Part shown: one piece after another, positions 18,716-28,100 of the stretch
Position numbering within the stretch: position 1 is the stretch's first letter
Layout of the letters: each line of letters opens with the position of its first letter
Source of the DNA: an uncultured Muribaculaceae bacterium
GTDB taxonomy: Bacteria > Bacillota_I > Bacilli_A > RF39 > UBA660
Direction: 5' to 3'
DNA length: 43,245 bases
Assembly (NCBI GenBank): GCA_964465805.1
Contig: CAYXLG010000005.1
Coordinates: 1-43,245 of the forward strand
Made by a program: the position numbers and the translations under genes
The notes under the pieces: model-generated
Seen by the model: only the letters and a program-made list of their open reading frames with translations
Databases searched by the model: none
What the model was told of the DNA's origin: nothing

Positions 18716-19499
18716 TAAAGAACATACAAAATATTTAAAAAAATTAAAACGAGATAAAATCATCATAATTTCAGTTCAAATATTAATATCTGTTCTGTTT
18801 ATAGTAATTTGGCAACTATTAGCAGACTTTAATTTAATTAATACCTTTATCTCTTCTAGTCCATCAAAAGTTGTAAAAACCATAATAAATCTCAATCAAA
18901 CTAATAATTTTTACCAACATATATATACAACTGTATACGAAACTATAATTAGCTTCACTATAGGAACTCTCATTGGTATTATTTTTGCTACCGTATTGTG
19001 GTGGAATAACTTTTTGTCAAGAATTTTAGATCCCTATTTAATAATATTGAACAGTTTACCTAAGGTTGCTCTTGGCCCGGTTATAATAATTTGGATAGGT
19101 GCGAAGACTAGTTCCATCATTGTTATGGCCTTACTTATTTCTGTAATAGTCACAATTATCAATGTTTTACAAGGATTTAATGAAACCGATCCTATTAAAA
19201 TTAAATTAATGAAGTCACTTGGTGCAACTAAATTTCAAACATTCTTTAAACTCGTGCTACCAAGTAGTTTTAATAACATAATTAGTGCTTTAAAAATAAA
19301 TGTGAGTATGTCATTAATCGGTATAATTATGGGAGAATTCTTAGTATCTAAAAAAGGAATAGGATATTTAATAATGTATGGTTCTCAAGTATTTAATCTA
19401 GATCTAGTTATTACAGGGGTTGTAATACTTGCAATTGTTTCAGCAATTATGTATTATATTGTTTACTATATTGAAAAAAGAATAATTGATAATGATTAA
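18708..19499 (+). CDS. ABC transporter permease (NitT/TauT family)
   Basis: The protein is multi-TM with an EAA-like loop region (MKSLGATKFQTFFKLVLPSS). The start is set at ATG 18708, which overlaps the ATPase stop codon (cATGTATAG). Confidence 0.85.
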   Translation: MYSKEHTKYLKKLKRDKIIIISVQILISVLFIVIWQLLADFNLINTFISSSPSKVVKTIINLNQTNNFYQHIYTTVYETIISFTIGTLIGIIFATVLWWNNFLSRILDPYLIILNSLPKVALGPVIIIWIGAKTSSIIVMALLISVIVTIINVLQGFNETDPIKIKLMKSLGATKFQTFFKLVLPSSFNNIISALKINVSMSLIGIIMGEFLVSKKGIGYLIMYGSQVFNLDLVITGVVILAIVSAIMYYIVYYIEKRIIDND

Positions 19500-19511
19500 T
19501 AAATTACAAAA

Positions 19512-19546
19512 AAGATTAAAATTCAAATGATTTTAATCTTTTTTTC
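19512..19546 (+). terminator. Rho-independent terminator of the ABC operon
   Basis: AAGATTAAAAT (19512-19522) pairs with ATTTTAATCTT (19530-19540) in an 11-bp stem, followed by T6. Confidence 0.75.
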
Positions 19547-19579
19547 GCGCAATTCTCTTAAATATTGTGTATTGTTTAT

Positions 19580-19610
19580 TAAAAAACACGTGGTTCTACG
19601 ACCACATGTT
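19580..19610 (-). terminator. Rho-independent terminator of the cgs-pgi-pgm operon
   Basis: 19586-19594 pairs with 19601-19609. The single mismatch becomes a G-U pair on the minus-strand RNA. The U-tract is the rc of the A-run at 19581-19586. Confidence 0.65.
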
Positions 19611-20990
19611 TTAATTATATTTTTTTTCTTTCATGATATTATTTACTAAATCTAAATATTCTTTTTGAATTTTTTCTAATAAAACTTCTGTTTTAGCCTC
19701 AAAACGCATTGTTAAACTTGGGGTAGTATTAGATACTCTAATTAAGACCCAATATTCATCATGTTCAACCCTAACACCATCTGCCTCATTAATACTCAGG
19801 TTTTTACTCTTAATAACTTCTTTTATATCATTCATTAATAAAAATTTACATTGATCACTTACAGTTAATTTTATTTCAGGTGTTGAATAATATTTATTTA
19901 TACCTTCTAATAATTCTGAAATTGTTTTACCAGTAATAGACAATACTTCTGCCATTCTAAGACCGGCATAAATACCATCATCAAACCCTGGAAATCTATC
20001 ATTAAAAAAGATATGACCTGAATACTCACCAGCTAATCCAACATTTTCTTCATGACATTTGCGATAAATATATGAATTACCAGTTCTATACATTATTTGA
20101 TTGTATTCTAACTTTTCTAGTTCATCAACTAATGCTTTTGAACATTTAACATCATAAAGTGCTGTTTTATTAGATAATTTATCTTGTAAAAAGCGATACA
20201 TAATAACTAAATATAAGTCATTGCTAATAATATTACCTAAGTTATCAACAATTCCAACCCTATCACCGTCAGCATCTAGTCCGATTCCTAAATCATAATT
20301 TAAATCAATAACTGTTTTCTGTAAATCTTTTAAATTCTCAGGAACTGAAGGATCTGGATGATGGTTTGGAAAGGTCGGATCACTTTCAGCATACAAAAGT
20401 TTGTACTCAATTGGTAAAGGATCAAGAATATCTTTAATAAAATTAGCCACCGTACCATTGCCACAATCAACGGCTACTTTTATTTTCTTATCACCAAAAC
20501 TAAGTGAATTCTTAATCATTGAAATATATTTATCTTTAATATTATATGTTTTAACTTCACCGTTTCCATCTTTGAAATTACCTTGAACAGTAAATTTATA
20601 AAAATCTTTTATCTCATCACCTAATGCATTACCTTTATTATTAAAAGATATTTTAAAACCATTATGGTCACTTGGATTATGACTAGCTGTAATCATAATT
20701 CCTGACCAAATATTTAAGTAATATCTTGCATAATAAAACATCGGTGTCGTTATTAGCCCTAAATTGATAACATTTATTCCTGTGCTAATAATTCCTTTTA
20801 GTAATGATTCACATAATAATGGCGAAGATTCACGATTATCATACCCAACTATTGCTTTAGTCATACCTAAATTACTAATATAAGTACCAAAACTACGTCC
20901 AAGAGTATACGCAAAATCTTCATTTATATCATTAGGATATATTCCCCTAATATCATAAGCTCTAAAAATTAAAGGATTTATTTTACTCAT
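19611..20990 (-). CDS. pgm: Phosphoglucomutase/phosphomannomutase (alpha-D-phosphohexomutase family)
   Basis: The active-site Ser loop ITASHNPSDHNGFK and the metal loop GLDADGDR are present, and the sugar loop is near GEYSGH. The start is set at ATG 20990 (MSKINPLIFRAYDIRG). The track's TTG 20999 lies only 3 nt from GGAGG. Confidence 0.9.
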   Translation of the reverse strand: MSKINPLIFRAYDIRGIYPNDINEDFAYTLGRSFGTYISNLGMTKAIVGYDNRESSPLLCESLLKGIISTGINVINLGLITTPMFYYARYYLNIWSGIMITASHNPSDHNGFKISFNNKGNALGDEIKDFYKFTVQGNFKDGNGEVKTYNIKDKYISMIKNSLSFGDKKIKVAVDCGNGTVANFIKDILDPLPIEYKLLYAESDPTFPNHHPDPSVPENLKDLQKTVIDLNYDLGIGLDADGDRVGIVDNLGNIISNDLYLVIMYRFLQDKLSNKTALYDVKCSKALVDELEKLEYNQIMYRTGNSYIYRKCHEENVGLAGEYSGHIFFNDRFPGFDDGIYAGLRMAEVLSITGKTISELLEGINKYYSTPEIKLTVSDQCKFLLMNDIKEVIKSKNLSINEADGVRVEHDEYWVLIRVSNTTPSLTMRFEAKTEVLLEKIQKEYLDLVNNIMKEKKYN

Positions 20991-22185
20991 AATGTTCAAG
21001 TTCCTCCTTTACTAATTTTTTATACTCATTAACACCCGGTTGATCAAAAGGATTAACATTTAAAAGATAACCACCAGTAGCTGCTGCCACTTCAAAAAAG
21101 TAAATTAACTGACCAATATTAAATGGAGTCAATTTATCCATTGATATAAAATTGCTATAAGTAGTATTTTTCATATGAGATTTAGCAACCTGGTTGGCAA
21201 CTAACTTATTTATATCATCTAAACTTTGATTGTATTTATCGATATAAATATCAGTACTATTATCAATATTAATAACAGTTTCAAATAGAAATTGGCTACC
21301 CTCTTGGTAAAACTGCCCTAGCGAGTGCAAATCCCCAGTATTTTGGGTAGCAACAGGAAGAATTCCTTTGCTATCTTTTCCTTGTGTCTCAGCAAATAAT
21401 TGTTTAATCCACTCAACAAAAGATGCTAATTTTGGTTCATAAACAGTAAATGATTCAACCATTTTTCCTTCATTATATAAGATATCTCTAACAATTGCAT
21501 AATCAAATGCCTTTTTTTTGTCTAGAGTTTTAGCACCTTTAAGCATTTCCTTAACATCAATCCCCATAACTGCAATTGGTAAAAGTCCAACTACTGTTAA
21601 AACAGAATAACGTCCACCAATATTACTTGGTAAAACAAATGATTTATAATTTTCCTTATTAACAAGTTTTCTTAACTCACCAATTCTAGCATCAGTAGTT
21701 ACTATAATTCTTTTTATTAAATCTTCTTTAGAATACTTTTTCTTTAATACATTATATATATATTCAAAATATAAATTAGTTTCAAATGTTGTACCTGATT
21801 TAGAAATCACATTAACAATAACATCTTTATCACTAATATAATCTAATAATTCTTCTAGATATTTTGATGATAACGACGATCCAAGAAAAATTATCCTTGG
21901 ACTATCATTTTTAAAATATGGTTTAAAAGCATCGGTAACAGCTTTGGCACCAAGTGATGATCCTCCTACACCAATAACAAGAAATACATCACAGTTTTTA
22001 CGAACATATTCACTTGTTTTGATAACATCATCTAAAACTTCTTCTGAAATACACTTATCTAAGTTATACCAATCATTCATATCTGTACCAGTTTCTAATT
22101 TGGTTTTGATATCTACAATTTTCGAATCATAGTTTTCAATATTTTCAAGTTGTTTCACGTAAGTAGTAAAATCAAATTTAATCAT
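20983..22185 (-). CDS. pgi: Glucose-6-phosphate isomerase (short Gram-positive type)
   Basis: PGI signatures NIGGRYSVLTVVGLLP and NPFDQPGVNEYKK are present. The start ATG 22185 is embedded in ATGATTAA, overlapping the stop of the upstream giant gene. Confidence 0.92.
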   Translation of the reverse strand: MIKFDFTTYVKQLENIENYDSKIVDIKTKLETGTDMNDWYNLDKCISEEVLDDVIKTSEYVRKNCDVFLVIGVGGSSLGAKAVTDAFKPYFKNDSPRIIFLGSSLSSKYLEELLDYISDKDVIVNVISKSGTTFETNLYFEYIYNVLKKKYSKEDLIKRIIVTTDARIGELRKLVNKENYKSFVLPSNIGGRYSVLTVVGLLPIAVMGIDVKEMLKGAKTLDKKKAFDYAIVRDILYNEGKMVESFTVYEPKLASFVEWIKQLFAETQGKDSKGILPVATQNTGDLHSLGQFYQEGSQFLFETVINIDNSTDIYIDKYNQSLDDINKLVANQVAKSHMKNTTYSNFISMDKLTPFNIGQLIYFFEVAAATGGYLLNVNPFDQPGVNEYKKLVKEELEHYE

Positions 22186-25100
22186 TTTTAGCACCTACTT
22201 TAACTATAACAGAATGTTTCTTCTTATCGTTTACTAATTCAATATAATTATTTTTAGCAACTTTATTATCAACTACTATTTCATTCTTAGTTTTGTTTAA
22301 TAAAACTTCTATTTCGTAAACAGTATCTTGATATTTATAAATTATTGAATATTTATCCCAAGTAGTTGGCACATTAGGTCTAATATAAAGTTTATCTCCT
22401 CGCAATTTAAATCCTAAAATATCTATTAGTGCAACACGGTAAAACCAGCCACTAGTACCAGTATACCAAGACCAACCACCTTGCGCACCAAAGTTTTCAT
22501 TACTATAAATATCTGCAACAAAAACATATGGTTCAACCTTATATTTTATAGCATCTTCTTTAGTTAATGCACGATTAATTGGATTAATCATTTGATAGTA
22601 TTTGAATGCTAAATCTGTTTTTCCAAGTTTTATTAAAGCCATAATATACCACGCTACCGAGTGAGTATATTGTCCACCATTTTCACGAATACCTTTAGGA
22701 TAATCCATAATATAACCTGGATAATCCCTATTATTAGCAAATGCTGGAGTTAATAATTTAATGATCTTTAAATCACGATCTACTAATTTAGTTTCAACTT
22801 CCTCAACCATTGTTTTGGCTTGCTTAGAATCCGCTATCTCCGTTAGAATAGCAAAACTTTGAGATAATAAGTCAATAGTACATTCCTCACTGTTTTTTGA
22901 ACCAACAGGATTACCATTATCAAAGAAAGCTCTTAAATAATGTTTACCATCCCACGCTACTTTTCTTATATTTTCTTTTAATTTTTTATTAAATTTAATA
23001 TATTCAGTTAAATTAATTTCTTTATTATATTTTTCAGAGAAGTCCATAAAATTATCAATTAACATATACAAGAAGAAACCAAGCCATACACTTGTACCTT
23101 TACCTTTGATACCAATGTGATTCATACCGTCATTCCAATCACCACCACCCATTAATGGTAAGCCATTTTCACCTAAATCATTCATTGCATTGTGAATAAT
23201 TAACTGACAACGCTCATACAATGTTGTTTTTTCTTCACTTACAATATAATTAATTAGTTTTTCATGTTCATGAGGTTCTAGAGCATCTCCTTCAATAAAA
23301 GAAACTTGCTCATCTAAAATGCTAAGATCTTCAGTAATTTTAATATATTCACTAATAGCATAAATAAGCCATAAGTAATCGTCTTTATATCGTGAACGTA
23401 GACCAATCTTTAATTCTGGATGCCACCAGTGCAAAACATCTCCTTCTTTAAATTGATGTGAAGAATTAATCAATATTTGTTTTCTAGTTATCTCAGGATT
23501 AATACTGCAAACATTCATTGAATCTTGAAGCTGATCGCGGAAACCATAAGCCCCACCAACTTGATAAAATCCGGCACGTGCTTGCAATCTTGATGCAATA
23601 GTTTGATATAATGCCCATCCATTAGTCATATAGTTAAAACTTTCATCAGGAGTTTTAACTTGAACTTTCGAAAGTATATTATCCCAATGTTCTTTAACTT
23701 TTTCTAGTTCATCATTAACCATACTTATTTCTTTATACTTAGTAGCTAGTATTTCTAAATTATCTTTAGATGTACTACCAAGTGTAAATACTATATCTTT
23801 TTCTTCTTTCTCATTAAGATAGAAGTCAACTTCAATCTCTTTGAATAATAAATTATTTAAAACAGCATTTTTAATATTCATACTACTTGACATAAAGGCA
23901 TATAAATTATTGAAATTTTGACTATAAACATTTCTAATACTTAAAAAATTATTTTTTTCATCAAATTGACTTAATAAATAACGTCCTGTTTTCTCTTCAG
24001 AAAACCCTAAAGTAGGATTAATCCAGTATTTCAAAATTATTCGTTGCTTACGTGCTGAATTGTTTTTTAATTTCATTTTATAAAATTTAACATTATCTTT
24101 TAAAGCAACAAACTCTGTTAAATTAATACCTACTTTTTTAAAGTTACCAATAAACTCACTATAACCAAATCCAAACTTAACTAAACTAAATTTTACTGTC
24201 ATATCATTAATTTTAAAACCCTCAGAATAGTCATTAACAAGGGTATCATTAATCCAAGAAGTTAATTTATACTCTCTACTGTTGTGAGCATAAGTAAACC
24301 CACAATTATTATTGGTTATAACCGTTCCGAAGTTTTCGTTAGAAACAACGTTAGACCATGCTGCAGGAGTATTTTGATCAACAATTATATATTCTTTACC
24401 ATTGTTTATAAATCCACCAAACTCATTAAAGAATTTTATTTTATTTTTATCATAAGGAATTGGTAAACTATGAACCATTTTTTCATTTATTTTCTTTTTA
24501 ACAGTATTCAACTTCTGAAGTTCATTAATATAAGCCTGTAAAGAATTATGAAGGCTGCTATCAATTTTTAAACGTGCTACTGTATTTAATAAAGTAAAGT
24601 GTGCTTCATCAATTGTATTTCTTTCTAAAACATAAATATTTCCTGGAGTTTTATAGAAATTATTTAAAGCATATATACGATACTTTTCATTTTCAATTTC
24701 ACGCATCAAAACTTTAGCATCGTCTTCATTATCACTATTAATAATAACTAAATCAACAAAAATAGATTTACTCTTATAATATTCAAAAGCATGCAATAAT
24801 TCTTTAACTAAACTTAAATCATCTAAATCCTCAACATCCAACAAAACAATTGGATTATCACCAGAAATACCAAATTCCCATAAATTAGTTTGATTTAAAG
24901 TGTTTTTTGATAAATTTTCTATGACGTCATCACTAGTAACAATATAATTAGTTTGTAACAAATAGTTAAGCATTGTATTGTATAAACGACAATCATTATT
25001 ACTCATATTAACTAACTTATTGCCTACATTACTCATAATAGTTGTTGTTTTAAAACCTTTCTCAGTAATAGTTTGTTTATTTGAATAAGTTCTGACAATA

Positions 25101-28100
25101 TTCAAAACTTGTTCTCTTGATTTACCAAATCCGCTTATTAAATAAACAGTTTTTTCCTCACCTTTTGGTACTAAAACCCTATTTCTTAAACTAATAATTG
25201 GATCCAAAGTTGTCCCAACATAATTACGGAGGTTTTTATTAAGTGCGACAGGATTATTAGTATTTCTTCCACGACCAATAAATTTGCCCCGATTAGTCTC
25301 ATACTCAAACTCACCTAAAGCATCTTCTACTAACAAACGATTAATCATGTAATACGTTGTTTTAGAATTTCTTAATTTGCGTCGCATAATAACTGAGTTT
25401 GTTTCTTTATCATATTCACTATAAACAAATAAATTATTAAATACAGGATGGCTTACATCATCCATATTCATAGCAAGTATTGGCTCAGTATAAGTAGTTA
25501 GTTCTAACTCTTTATCTTTATTACCAATATTCTTTAAAGTAATCTTTCTAATTTCAGCATGATGTGTTTTAGTTACAACAATTTCAGTTGTTGTAATAAT
25601 ATCTTTATCACCACGAACAAATTTAATATTATCTAGTGCAAAAACAACCTCATACTTTTTAGGCATAACATTCATAGGTGAATAAGTATTTGACCACACC
25701 TTTTTGGTTTGTAAATCTTTAATATATATAAACATTCCATAGTCTTGTTCCGTTACTTTACGATATCTATTTAAACGAATTTGTCTATATTTACTATAAC
25801 CATTACCACGATCATCAATAATGGTACTATATTTTGAATTAGATATAACTGATAACTCCGGTAATTTAGAAATATTATTAAATACTCTAATATCATTAAC
25901 AAATGGTTCTTTATCATAACTGTATTTCTTATACTTCATTATTTTGTAGTTAATATAAGGTTTTAATTGAACCTTTTCTTTTATTAACATATCAATCGCC
26001 TGATTACGAGTATCTTTAAAGAAATATTTTTGAATAACACCATTTTTTAAATAGTTAGTTAAACTACTTAAAATCATTGCTTGGTGATGGGCATAATAAG
26101 CTACAACTGGTGTTTTATCCAAACAATCATAAGACTCATATAACCCGTATTTACCAAACATGTTTAATGGTTCATATTTTTTAATATTCTTTAAAACCTC
26201 TCTTGGATATAATGGAAGCGCAAGCATCGAACTATAAGGTGAAATAACCATGCGCTCACACACTTCTTCACGAAGCCTTAATTGTGGAATACCGAAAGAT
26301 TTATATTTGTAATTTTGAGCATCATCAAGTTCATTATATGCCGATTCAGATATCCCCCATGGATACTTACGATACATTTTGCGCATATAATCCGATTGAG
26401 CATAATATGCAAAATAATAAGATTCATCTAAAATTGTATTAGGATAATTTGGCATAAATATTATTGGCATAAAATACTCAAAGAAAGTACCTGACCACGA
26501 AGATAAACCTTTTCTATCTTTGTACGCAATAAGGGTTTTATCCAAACTAAACCAATGTTTACTTGGAACATCACCTTTAGCAATTGCAACATAACTTAAA
26601 ATACGACTTTCACTCATAAATTTATTATAACTAAACGGTTCCATATAACCCCTATCAACATGATACCCAACACTGAAAACATCGCTGCTTGTATATAAAT
26701 ATTTAAAATCTGTCTTTTCAATTAATCTGTCAACAATTTCAACTAATTTATGTTGATCGTGAGCTTCCAAAAAACCTTTAGTTGTCATTAATGAGGCAAC
26801 AAAATTTCCACTATCAACACTAGAAACAAAATGTGGATACATAACTTCTAATGTTTTAATGTTATACCAATTATATAAATGACCATGCCATTTACTTAGT
26901 TTTTGTACTGTTTCAATAATATTTTCAATTAATTTATTTGCTCTATCTATTGAAATAAAATTTAATTCATATGCCGATATAACAGAGACTAAAGATAAAC
27001 CAATATTAGTTGGTGATGTTTTAATATCAAGTTTAATATCTCTGTTTTCTTGATAATTATCAGATATTAGATAATTGGTTTCTGAAGTTAAATTATTTTC
27101 AAAAAATCTCCAAGTATCTAATGCCAATTCTTTTAAATAATTAACATCTTCATTACTAATTTCTGCTTTTTCTGAAACTAAATCTTTACTTAAGAAATAA
27201 GTAATAACCGGTCCCACGGCAAACATTAATGCAACAAACAGTTTAGCTAATTTATAATCTTCAAAAACTATAGCCAATATAACTAATATAAAAGCAACAA
27301 AATAATTCATCCAAAATTGTTTTAGTGTACTAGTAATGTTTGTCTTTACTAACTTAGCAGCATCATCAGCAGTTACCCAATTTAATAAATGTTTTTTACT
27401 AACAGTCATGCGATATATCGCCCTAGTAAATGAGTTTAAATATAAATAAGCATTAAATGGAATAGTTGAAAATTCAGTTGCAACTTTTAATATAAATGCC
27501 TTATAGCCGTGCGCTAATACACGGTAATATTTTAACGAAATAGAATTTGCACGACTAACTTTTAAATTTTCAATCATTTGGATAATAAAAGGTAAAGCAT
27601 AAATAAGCATAACAAATAATATCCACCAAAACGGATTAATAACCTTACTACATAATGAAATTATAATTATTAGCAATAAGAAGAAACTCATTAATCCACG
27701 CCTAATGTTATCAAAAATTTTCCATTTACCTAATAATGTAATTGGATTTTTTTCCTTATTTCCATTAACATTTTTAACACTTCTTCCTAACCAACCAATG
27801 ATTTGCATATCTCCACGAGCCCATCTTGATCTTCTTGATGCATCTACTAAAAACTTAGATGGGAATCCATCAATTAAATCAATGTCAGTAACATTACCAG
27901 CCTTTACGTAATTACCTTCAAGCAAATCATGACTCAATATTAAATTGTTAGGAAAACGATTTTTTAATACTTGCTGAAAAACATCTAAATCATAGATCCC
28001 TTTTCCATAAAAAGTTCCTTCTTGAAAAACATCTTGGTAAAAATCAGGAAAAATACTGTTATATGAATCAAATCCACCAACACCCGCATAAACTTGAGAA